Positions 35,463 through 44,386 of a stretch of DNA of 64,000 nt are shown here, in pieces. Under the pieces are notes generated by a model, which worked only from the letters and a program-made list of their open reading frames with translations, searched no databases and had not been told where the DNA came from. The stretch spans positions 52,467 to 116,466 of IMG/VR virus record IMGVR_UViG_3300009130_000005. One strand, 5' to 3'. This DNA is from a virus. The first letter of the stretch is position 1, and each line of letters opens with the position of its first letter. A program made the translations under genes and the position numbers.

Positions 35463-35565
35463 TTTCACAAGTATCTAATGGGTAGGCAGATAGGCTCACA
35501 AAAAAAAACACCCGATTAAGCTTTTTTTTCTTGCAATTACCTCAGATTCTGTCATACTTATAGTT

Positions 35566-35691
35566 ATGAAAGTGAGAGAGATAAAGATAAGAAAGACCAT
35601 TCTTTTCACCAAGTCTCGCCCACACAAGGTAAAGAAGAACACACTACATCGCAAACGCAAACACAAGGAGAACCTAAATCATGTATCTTAA
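35566..35691 (+). CDS. Small basic ArfA-like peptide (41 aa, not in ORF track)
   Basis: MKVREIKIRKTILFTKSRPHKVKKNTLHRKRKHK; own promoter; paralog at 40525-40629. Confidence 0.6.
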   Translation: MKVREIKIRKTILFTKSRPHKVKKNTLHRKRKHKENLNHVS

Positions 35692-35976
35692 CGAAGAATA
35701 TAACGAAAACGAAATCACTACCGCACTTGACGCAAACGAGCAAGCTATGGACTTGGTTTATGAGTTCGCAATCGCTCCAATGGAGAAAGAAATGACAGAA
35801 GAACAAGCCTACGCAATCGCTATTGCAGGTGCAACCTTGAAGACCATTGCCCAAAAAGCATACGCTTACGAAAAAATGCAAAAAGGTCAAAATTTGCAAA
35901 ATTAGGGGTTGACAAACGCACGAATTTTTGAGATAATTATAACCATAATCAAGATAATCCAACACGAAAAAAAATT

Positions 35977-36729
35977 ATGAATAGACTAAACCTAAACATC
36001 TGCGGTGGCGAACATACTAAAGTGGGCTTCGATGAAGTCTGTGCAGTAGAGACTCCGCAAGCTACTGAAACTTGGCGACCAATCAGCCATAGCTACCTCA
36101 TCGACAGGGTTCGCACCCATCTTGATGACAATGGCTACGAGATTGTCGCTGAAAACCACAACCTCGCTCGTTTCGGGCAACGCTACTTTGGATTGTTCCA
36201 AGTAAACAACAAGGACAGAGAGCAAGGCGATAGAGGCACTATCCTCGGACTTCGCAATGCTCACGACAAGTGCTTTCCTGCAGGACTTTGTGCAGGTGAC
36301 GCTCCTTTCGTTTGCGACAACCTTGTTTTTCACAATGAGATTGTCCTTGCTCGTAGGCATACCAAGAACATTATGACTGACCTTCCGCAAGTCATCGCTC
36401 GTACCATCGGCAAGTTGTCGGGTATGTGGAACACTCAAGACAAGCGGATTGAGTCCTACAAGGACTATGATGTCACCAATGCTCAAGCAAATGACCTTGT
36501 CATCCGTGCTTACCAAGCAGGAGCAATCAGCAAGGCAAAGATTGCTGATGTCGTTGAGCAATGGGAAACTCCCGAACACCCCGAATTCAAGGATAGGAAC
36601 ATGAACTCCTTGTACAATGGGTTTACGGCAGTTCTCCGTGGCGGTGTCATGCAGTTGCCAAAGCGTTCTGACGCTCTGCACTCTGTTCTTGACTCTGAAG
36701 TCGGACTGACTCTCGCAACCAAATCTTAA
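35977..36729 (+). CDS. DUF932-family protein
   Basis: TPQATETWRPISH, LGLRNAHDK, FVCDNL, RRHT and LYNGFT motifs. Confidence 0.8.
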   Translation: MNRLNLNICGGEHTKVGFDEVCAVETPQATETWRPISHSYLIDRVRTHLDDNGYEIVAENHNLARFGQRYFGLFQVNNKDREQGDRGTILGLRNAHDKCFPAGLCAGDAPFVCDNLVFHNEIVLARRHTKNIMTDLPQVIARTIGKLSGMWNTQDKRIESYKDYDVTNAQANDLVIRAYQAGAISKAKIADVVEQWETPEHPEFKDRNMNSLYNGFTAVLRGGVMQLPKRSDALHSVLDSEVGLTLATKS

Positions 36730-36753
36730 TCATAAACCATAGGAATAACTGAT

Positions 36754-36996
36754 ATGAAGCATAACAACCTCTCATCTGTTCTCAATAACCTCAAAGGGCG
36801 ATTCGTTTCGGTTCTTGTCAAGGATGGTGCAAATCGCACTTCCTATTCGGCAAAGCTGAAGAGTCACAACTCTGAGGTGGTAACCTTCGTTGATACTAAC
36901 GAAAGCAAGGGGCGAGTCTTTCGCAAGGTTCGCAGGTCTGCGGTGCTTGGGCTGAAAAGCGGTAAGCATTCGTTCCGTAGGACGAAAGCCCTGTAA
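36754..36996 (+). CDS. Small basic hypothetical protein
   Basis: ORF with AGGA ribosome-binding site. Confidence 0.6.
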   Translation: MKHNNLSSVLNNLKGRFVSVLVKDGANRTSYSAKLKSHNSEVVTFVDTNESKGRVFRKVRRSAVLGLKSGKHSFRRTKAL

Positions 36997-37065
36997 AGGG
37001 CAAATAGGCAAATAGCCGACCAAATAGTCCCAAGGGCGCAAGCCCTTGGGGCTTAGTGGTTTACG

Positions 37066-37092
37066 GAAATCGCCCAGCGATTTTCATGCCAA
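37066..37092 (-). repeat. Composite element copy 4 with sigma54-like box
   Basis: Reverse complement reads TTGGCATGAAAATCGCTGGGCGATTTC. Confidence 0.9.
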
Positions 37093-37111
37093 AGTTTTTT
37101 TGAGAAAAGGC

Positions 37112-37139
37112 TTGACTTATGGCTGACTTCTGTCATAAT
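37112..37139 (+). promoter_or_regulatory. Sigma70 promoter for the ncRNA locus
   Basis: TTGACT-N16-CATAAT with extended TG; no ATG follows. Confidence 0.75.
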
Positions 37140-37169
37140 TGTATTCAGTTCTTTTGATAATCAAGTTGT

Positions 37170-37295
37170 GGGCTTGTAGCTTAGTCTGGTCTAGAGCCTT
37201 GTCCTCCTTCATCGTGAAATTCTAGATAAATTAGCGAACGGAGTAATTACCCGTGGAGCAAACAAGAGGCGGGGGTTCAAATCCCTCCAAGCCCT
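37170..37295 (+). ncRNA. tRNA-like RNA with a 57-nt structured insert in place of the anticodon loop
   Basis: GGGCTTG/CAAGCCC acceptor stem, TAGCTTAGTCTGGTCTAGAGC D-arm, TTGT/ACAA stem, GGGGGTTCAAATCCCTC T-arm; no encoded CCA. Confidence 0.8.
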
Positions 37296-37329
37296 GCTCT
37301 TTCAGTAGATGCAAACGCATTGAACAACG

Positions 37330-37520
37330 AGGCGTCAGTACACGCCTACAACCCTTCGGGGAGAGAGAAAGAGGTACAACACACAACACTTTGGGCATAC
37401 AACGGACAAGGCTATGGCGAATGAGTTATATCTTGCCAAGGATAGGAGGCGAAAGCCGTTTGAACTAGCAGTAAGAATAGCAACAAGTCGGTGGGATGCG
37501 AGTGGTTGACCAATGCCCAA
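37330..37520 (+). ncRNA. Putative structured ncRNA(s)
   Basis: AGGCGT/ACGCCT hairpin, CCC-TTCG-GGG, GGC-GAAA-GCC and a TTGGGCAT/ATGCCCAA closing stem. Confidence 0.55.
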
Positions 37521-37574
37521 TCTTTTTCAAAAAAAACCCTTGACAAAAACACATAATCTGTCATACTTATAATC

Positions 37575-38413
37575 ATGAATAACACGGAATCACAATTAGC
37601 TTCATTTGAAAATTTGGAATTCAATCAACACCCTCGCTTTGCTGAAGGCACGGCTATTCAAGCGAGACTCAAGTTTGGGTCGAGAGACCAATTTGAGATT
37701 TCAGTCGTCCAAAACATTGGAAGTGGCACAGGCTTATATGGTCACGAGGATGACAACACTTACGAAGTCGCAATGTGGTTCGATGGAAGAAACACCATGC
37801 TTCCCTTATCTCTTTACGACGATGTTCTCGCAGGACAATCTCCAAGCGACATCACTCGCCTAATGCATCAAGCACATCTCAACGATTTTGCTTGGGTTAC
37901 CCTTCTTCACTCTTTGCGAGACGAACATCGCAAGGAAATGGAGCTTGACAACTAACCTTAACTCTGTCATTATATATGAATTACTCAACCATAGAAGGTT
38001 GCATAAGACAATCAACACAAAACAAAATTATGGATACACAAAACAACCAATATATAGTTCTCAAGAATGGAGAACCAATGAACATCAAAGGAACGCTTGA
38101 GCAAATTACTCATCATGTACGCTTGCTAGAGCAAGGACTCAATCGACACCTCCAACACTCACCCTATACTATCGGCAAAGCCGATGCAAACTAATTACAA
38201 ACAAAAAAAGGTATAACTATGAACGAATTCATAAATGCGGTAGATAAAATTGTAACGGCTCAACTTGGACTAAGCGTCCATGACTTAGAGGACTTTGCTT
38301 TTTGCGATTACTATGACGAAACTTTTGACCCCGATGGTTACGACTATCAAAATGCAGTCGAATCCTGTGCGGAAGATTTTCTCGCTGAAGTTGGGAATCT
38401 CTTTGTGATGTAG
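37575..38413 (+). other. Small hypothetical CDSs (37575, 37976, 38219)
   Basis: Leaderless ORFs after promoters at about 37540 and 37944. Confidence 0.65.
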
Positions 38414-38497
38414 TGATGTGATTAGTCTCTAGGGCGAAATAGGAAGATGCCAAATACCTACCCTAGTTCGCAAGTCCTTAGGCATCAGGGGCTTGCG

Positions 38498-38516
38498 AAA
38501 ATCGCCCCGCGATTTT
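38498..38516 (+). repeat. Composite element copy 5
   Basis: AAAATCGCCCCGCGATTTT. Confidence 0.9.
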
Positions 38517-38805
38517 TTTAAAGCGTTTTGTAAGTAATTAGCCTCCAATGCTTTACGAAAGAAAAAAAGTTAGTTTTATGCGTTTTTGGGGTTGACTTAA
38601 CCCCCTATTTCTGCATAATGGTATATATGAACGCTAAAGAAAGAATGAATGAATGGAAAAAGCTTCCCGCTAACACTATCCCGTGGGAAACTTTCAAACG
38701 CCTAGTGTCTCAGTTCGGAATGGACGAAGGCATAAAGAAAGCTCAAAAGATAATTGAAAAAAAGGGTTGACTTCACACGAAAATCTGTCATACTAAAGGG
38801 ATATT

Positions 38806-39528
38806 ATGATAAAACAAACATTGCTCACATCAGGAAACGCTAAAATTGTCAAGGGCGAAAAACTTGGCTACATTACAAAAGGGCTTCACTTCGCTCCTGC
38901 AAACCTTTCGGGGTTTGAGGTTTGCCGTTGGAGAAGCAAGGGTTGCACAATGGCTTGCCTCAACACAGCAGGTCGTGGACAAATGGACTCTATTCAAAAT
39001 GCTCGCATCGCAAAGACAAAGCTATTCTTCGAGAAGCAGTTTGACTTTCTTGCAAAGCTAACAAAAGAGATTGCTTCCACTATCAAGTCAGCAGCCAAGA
39101 AAGAAATGCAAGCAGTTTTTCGTTTGAACCTCACGAGCGACATTGCATGGGAATCTGTTTTCTTTGATGAAGAAAAGCCTCAAAACATTTTCGACAAGTT
39201 TCCCGAAACGAAATTTTATGATTACACTAAGTCTTTCGGGCGTATGGCTCAATTCCTCAATGGCGAGTTGCCAAGCAATTACCATTTGACTTTCTCAGCT
39301 TCCGAGCATAACCAAAAGCTAGTCGAGATGGTTTTGGAAATGGGGGGTAATGTTGCCGTGGTCTTTCGTGACCAACTGCCTTGTACTTGGAAGGGTTTTG
39401 AAGTTGTCAATGGTGATGCAAACGATTTGCGTTTCCTTGACAAGTCGGGCGTGGTCGTTGGGCTTATCGAAAAAGGTCTTGCCAAAAAGGACGAAACAGG
39501 ATTCGTACAGGAAGGGGTAAATTCATGA
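38806..39528 (+). CDS. Phage gp88-like protein (Cys-cluster, radical-SAM-like)
   Basis: VC......C...CL..AGRG, RLNLTSDI.W, FYDYTK, YHLTFS and GD..DLRFLD motifs. Confidence 0.8.
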   Translation: MIKQTLLTSGNAKIVKGEKLGYITKGLHFAPANLSGFEVCRWRSKGCTMACLNTAGRGQMDSIQNARIAKTKLFFEKQFDFLAKLTKEIASTIKSAAKKEMQAVFRLNLTSDIAWESVFFDEEKPQNIFDKFPETKFYDYTKSFGRMAQFLNGELPSNYHLTFSASEHNQKLVEMVLEMGGNVAVVFRDQLPCTWKGFEVVNGDANDLRFLDKSGVVVGLIEKGLAKKDETGFVQEGVNS

Positions 39529-39767
39529 GTGACTATTACGAATCAGCAAAAGGAATAATGATAACGAGAGACCGAGCCTTGCAAGAGATTCGGAATCACA
39601 ATCTAGAAAACTTTGAAGAATTTTTTGAAGACTTAGGAGACAGAGAACATTATGATGCACAATCCGTCTTGATTTGGCTAGGATACTAAATAGCCAGTTT
39701 TCAGGACATTCAGCAAATAGGCAAATAGCTAGTCTTGACCTAAGTTACTCAGTAGTAGGCATTTGCG

Positions 39768-39794
39768 AAAATCGCCCCGCGATTTTTATGCCAA
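39768..39794 (-). repeat. Composite element copy 6 with sigma54-like box
   Basis: Reverse complement reads TTGGCATAAAAATCGCGGGGCGATTTT. Confidence 0.9.
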
Positions 39795-40524
39795 TCGCCT
39801 AAGCTCTTGATTGAAAAGCTGTTAGGAGGGCCAAACCCATACCATTGCCAAGATAGCAATGACGGGCCAACCCATAACAAAAACTAATTGTGCTAATTCC
39901 ATATGATTACCTTTCGTTGAAAACTCCTGCGTTTTGCTCTTGGAACTTGAAGTGGCTATCGTGGCAACGAGAGCGAGAACCGCCAAGCTCACGAAAGTTT
40001 CGAATCTCACGAGAGACTTCAAAGCGAGCTTGCCAAGCCTTACCCCAAGCGTCAGATTGCTCTTGTAGAGACTTTGAGGAATCCCAAAGGGCGTTGCACT
40101 CTCTGTTGAGAGTTTCGAATTTTTTGTTCAATTCTTTTATTTCTAACATAAGTATAATCTAATCTATTTTTTCGTAAATTGCAAGCAAAAAGTGATAAAG
40201 TTATTCACATTGCATAGCTTTCATTTCATCTCCAATCTCTTTCATGATTCGGGCTTGCTCGTTTTCTTTGTCGAGCTTTGCCTTTTCATGCTTGAGGTCG
40301 AAAAGTTGACCTTTCAGATCTCTAAGAGTTCCGCCAAAAACATCGTTGGCAACTGCGATAGTCATTGCAGTTTCGGGCGTAGCCCTTGCGTTCATGCGAT
40401 CAAGTGCGTTTTGCATTTCAGCAATTTCAATTTCCTTAAGGCGAATGTGTTCTTCTATTTTCATCAATTTCATATATATAATGTAGCAGAGTTAGTTAGT
40501 AATTGCAAGCAAAATCGTATCAAG

Positions 40525-40629
40525 TTATTCACAATCTTTCTTGTGCTTAACCTTGCGTGAGTATTTGGACTTGTCCTTGTGAGGGCGAGCCTTAGTGAAA
40601 ACGATTGGGATTCTTACCTTAACTTTCAT
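40525..40629 (-). CDS. Small basic ArfA-like peptide (34 aa, not in ORF track)
   Basis: MKVKVRIPIVFTKARPHKDKSKYSRKVKHKKDCE; TTGACA promoter immediately upstream. Confidence 0.6.
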   Translation of the reverse strand: MKVKVRIPIVFTKARPHKDKSKYSRKVKHKKDCE

Positions 40630-40718
40630 ATATAGAATATAGCATATAAAGTTAGCTTTGTCAAATTCTTTTTTCAATTATTTTGCAATGCAAACCTCTG
40701 ACTATCAAAGGCTTAGCC

Positions 40719-40737
40719 GAAATCGGCGGGCGATTTT
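40719..40737 (-). repeat. Composite element copy 7 (core inverted relative to copies 1-6)
   Basis: GAAATCGGCGGGCGATTTT on the + strand. Confidence 0.9.
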
Positions 40738-41005
40738 CGACTCAGAAGTCGTGCTGGGCGTGGTAGCCGTAGTCGATGTCCTCAGACTCCTCGAAGTCGA
40801 GGAGGGCAACCCTGTCCTGCAGGTCACCGATTTCGTTGCGAATCGCAACTCGGTCAGCAACCGAAAGGACGCAGTCCTTAAGGGTTTCGTGAAGGATGGA
40901 GATTTCTTTGAGCATTTCTGATTTAGTCATACATACAACATACCCAAGAAACAGGCAAAAGTCAAGAAAAACTTTCAACTATTTTATGGACTTATTCTAT
41001 CAGGA

Positions 41006-41031
41006 AAAATCGCCCGCCGATTTCGTGCCAA
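41006..41031 (-). repeat. Composite element copy 8 with sigma54-like box (26 bp identical to copy 3)
   Basis: AAAATCGCCCGCCGATTTCGTGCCAA. Confidence 0.9.
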
Positions 41032-41264
41032 AAACTTTTTTGCTAATTTCATCATTTTTTGCTTGCGTTTACCTTGCTTTCTGTCATTATATAGGGATGA
41101 ACACAACAAGAAAACCTCTAACCTTAGATTATACAAAATGGACATCCTAACAATTATTGCTCTTACGATCATTCTTTTTCGAGAAATTCAAAATTTTTAG
41201 TTGACAGAACTTAAAAACTAGTCTAGTATCATATACAGAATCAAGATTGCTAACCTAAACAAAA

Positions 41265-41903
41265 ATGAACATTGCACAAACTATTGATCCCAAACTCATC
41301 GAAAACTCCCTCAACTCTGTTGCAACCAATGGGGTAACGCATCACGGCTACGCTTTTGAAGAGTTTCTTATTCTCGCCCTTGGATTTACCGAGGAAGATG
41401 GCACAACCTACCGATCCGTCAAGCAAGGTGGAACTCAACTTCACAACCAAGATTTCGACATTCCTGCCGAGGTTGTCGCTCGCAATCCAATCATTCCCCA
41501 AAGTCTCCAAGGGAATTGGTCGGTTAAGGCTTGCGAACATGGCAAGACGATTGGCTTAGGCATGGCAAGCAATCAGTTTGACGCATGGGCTAAGGATGGC
41601 ATCGTGCAAGCAATCGCATTCTACAAGAAAGAAGGTGATCGCAAGGTGGTAACTCATTTCTCAATCCATCGCATCGAGCCATCCGCAAAGCTATGGGGCA
41701 ACCTCACAAAGGAAAAGATTGCCGAGATCGACCCAATGGTTCGCAAGGACAAGTCGATCACATGGTCAAAAGAGCAAACCAAAAAGCTCAACAGGTCAGC
41801 AAACGGCATGATTGGGTTGCGTAACATTTCAAGAGAAAAGACCAACTCAAGAAACCTTCAATGCTACATGACTTTTTCCAATTATATGCAATTAGTTGCT
41901 TGA
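41265..41903 (+). CDS. Putative PD-(D/E)xK restriction-endonuclease-like protein
   Basis: HGYAFEE..., DFDIP and WSVK spaced like an E...D...(E/S)xK catalytic core. Confidence 0.45.
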   Translation: MNIAQTIDPKLIENSLNSVATNGVTHHGYAFEEFLILALGFTEEDGTTYRSVKQGGTQLHNQDFDIPAEVVARNPIIPQSLQGNWSVKACEHGKTIGLGMASNQFDAWAKDGIVQAIAFYKKEGDRKVVTHFSIHRIEPSAKLWGNLTKEKIAEIDPMVRKDKSITWSKEQTKKLNRSANGMIGLRNISREKTNSRNLQCYMTFSNYMQLVA

Positions 41904-41934
41904 CAAAAACCCTAGAATCTGAGAGAATACAATT

Positions 41935-42180
41935 ATGCAAAACACTACTACATACAACGGATGGAAGAATCACGCCACTTGGAATGTCGCACTTTGGATT
42001 GGTGGCGACCAAGGACTCTACGAGTTCGCCAAGGAATGCGAAAGCTACAACGATTTTGTGGAGCAACTCCGTGAGGTTTCGGGTGATAGCTCTATCGGAT
42101 ACCAAACCCCCGACAGGGTAGCTTGGAACGATTCGGGCATTGACATTCCCGAGCTAGACGAGTACATCGCAAACCTCTAA
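41935..42180 (+). CDS. Conserved phage hypothetical protein
   Basis: YNGWKNHATWNVALWI..D.GLY motif. Confidence 0.75.
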   Translation: MQNTTTYNGWKNHATWNVALWIGGDQGLYEFAKECESYNDFVEQLREVSGDSSIGYQTPDRVAWNDSGIDIPELDEYIANL

Positions 42181-42199
42181 CACTCAAAGCCTTACGCGA

Positions 42200-42226
42200 T
42201 TGGCACAGAAATCGCGGGGCGATTTT
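42200..42226 (+). repeat. Composite element copy 9 with sigma54-like box
   Basis: TTGGCACAGAAATCGCGGGGCGATTTT. Confidence 0.9.
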
Positions 42227-42676
42227 TAATCGATTTTTTTTTGCGCATTTCTTTGCCATTCAAGGGGTTATGCAATATTTTTGCACGAGATTGCATTTTT
42301 GGGCATTTTTTCTCCGCGAAGGGTGAAAGTTTTTTTGTTTTTCTATTAGTTGTATATCAAGGACTTATGACAATTTAAGGTAGCTGAATACGAATTTGCT
42401 TGCGGTTTTGTCAATTTCTGTCATACTGTATTACATGATTAAGATTAAGAAAGTAACCCCAAAGTTCACGAAAGGCGATGTCCTTATTTCACGAGACAAC
42501 AAAGTCTTTCAATTCATCGAGGCAGTCGAGCATGACACGCTTGGCACGATTGCCAAAGTTCGCCCTTACAGGACAAACCGAGAAGTCGGTATCCGTTTCG
42601 AGGATGTAAAACTTCATCCGTTTTTTTCTTAATTTAGCCCTTGACAGGAACCCCTTTTATCTCTAGTATTACAATC

Positions 42677-42961
42677 ATGACAGAATCACAAAGACTCGAA
42701 CTCATCGCTAACGCAGTAGCTTCCGCCAACAAGGTCGCTCCACAGTTTCAAGGACTCCTTGACGAGCTAAAGGCTGAAAAGCTCGCTGAGGACTTAGTTC
42801 TCGAACATGGTACTCAACACGCCTCGAAGGAGGACATTGAAGAGGAGTTTGTCTCCCTCGATGCAGTCGAGTCCGACAAGGACGACATTGACGAAGATGA
42901 CGAGAACGTTGTCGATATGGATTTCGTCAGCGAGTCCATGCGTGAAATTTTCAATTCCTAA
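42677..42961 (+). CDS. Acidic small protein, paralog A
   Basis: MTESQRLELIAN...; highly similar to 46397-46690. Confidence 0.8.
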   Translation: MTESQRLELIANAVASANKVAPQFQGLLDELKAEKLAEDLVLEHGTQHASKEDIEEEFVSLDAVESDKDDIDEDDENVVDMDFVSESMREIFNS

Positions 42962-43162
42962 CCACTAACAGAAAGGCAATCATGTATATTCTCAAAAGTA
43001 TTCTCAACCAAGCGGGCGCCGTTTGGCAAGTCGAATCCATTGCCATGCGCAAGGTAGAGGCCGAAAGGCTTCTCAAGCGTAGGCTTTCAACCAATGACGG
43101 TTCTCGCCGTTACGGGTTGTTTCCCGCTTCATAAACCCTTAAGACTTAGCCACTTATGAAAG

Positions 43163-43188
43163 TGGCACAGAAATCGCGGGGCGATTTT
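43163..43188 (+). repeat. Composite element copy 10 with sigma54-like box
   Basis: TGGCACAGAAATCGCGGGGCGATTTT. Confidence 0.9.
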
Positions 43189-44359
43189 CGCTAACCCCTT
43201 GGACATCAGTAAGTTAAGCCCTAAAAAAAGATAACTTTCTTCATTTTTTTTTGCAATAGCCCTTGACAAAAGGGGTTTCCTGTGCTATATTATATACATG
43301 ATTAAGAATAAAACTAGACTCATCGAGATTCACGAATGGACTTCATTCATCTCTGTCAAGATTCACGAAGATGGAGATTACCCACGGGTTCGCTCCGCAA
43401 GTACTCTCAAGTACTTCAACGAGATTCTGAAGGATGAGCTTTCGCACGCCCGTTCTCTTGGTTACGAGCCACAAATCAAACGCTCAGGCGTTGGCAAGTT
43501 TGGCGGTATCAAGTACAAAGACTTGCACAAACTAAAAAGTGCTTGACAAAAACCCTCAACTTCTCTATATTACAACCATGAATAGAAAACAAGAATTGCA
43601 AAAACTTATCGACGAAAACCTTAGCGAAGCCGAAGCAGGCGACTCAAAAGCAAGGGGCATCGTTATCAACGCACAAGCCGAGCTTGACGATATCGCCAAC
43701 GAAGAAGGCGAATCCGCTTGGGAACTTTTCGCACAACAACAAAGAAATTTGATTGAATTTAGCTTGACTTTCTGAGCTAAGTTTCATAGAATGCCTTTAT
43801 ATTATGAAAAACATCACACAAGAAATCCAAAGACTAACCTCAACGCTTCAAGCTTTGACTCAGCAAAGAATCCTTGCCATGCAACAAGGTAGGCATTCAG
43901 AAGCTCAGCAGATTCAATCTGTGCAAGTTGACATTGACAACAAAATCCAACAACTAGAGAAAAACATATGAAAATTTTTGACAAAATCCGCATAACAGCA
44001 GACGAGCTTATCAAGTCTGAAATTCTTGAGGCTGTATCTGAGCAAATCCGAGTTCCCTCTTCAAGCCTTGCAGATTGCAGGGAGTGGTCTAATTGGGACT
44101 ATTCGGGCATCTATTTCGTGCATAGCAACAAAAGATGTGCAAGAGTTTGGATTGACGAAGAAACCTTCAAAGCAACCCGTTGCGAACTATTATGATGACA
44201 GAACTAATTATCGCCTTGGGACTCGCAAGCTCTGCTTGTTGCGTCCTTTTTCTTATTCAAGCCTTTCTTGAGCATAGAGAACTCGAGAAACTCAAAAAAG
44301 AATTTGAGGAGCTTGAGGAAATGGAGTTCTAACTACCTGAATCTCAATGCTTTAGGCGA

Positions 44360-44386
44360 TTGGCACAAAAATCGCGGGGCGATTTT
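44360..44386 (+). repeat. Composite element copy 11 with sigma54-like box
   Basis: TTGGCACAAAAATCGCGGGGCGATTTT. Confidence 0.9.

Larger units (their letters stand above)
39822..40930 (-). other. Inverted block of five small - strand CDSs (39822-39902, 39907-40149, 40201-40473, 40525-40629, 40742-40930)
   Basis: ORFs with - strand TTGAC/TTGC promoters and leaderless starts. Confidence 0.75.

Noticed and set aside
35992-36681. 229-aa minus-strand ORF
   Set aside because: Antisense shadow of the DUF932 gene, with no motifs of its own.
37170-37520. tmRNA or a group I intron-containing tRNA
   Set aside because: No G3-U70 pair or tag frame, and the 57-nt insert is far too short for a self-splicing intron.
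37253-37624. ORF-track ORFs 37253+, 37335- and 37412-
   Set aside because: They overlap the tRNA-like and hairpin structures, use non-ATG or unsupported starts, and have atypical composition.
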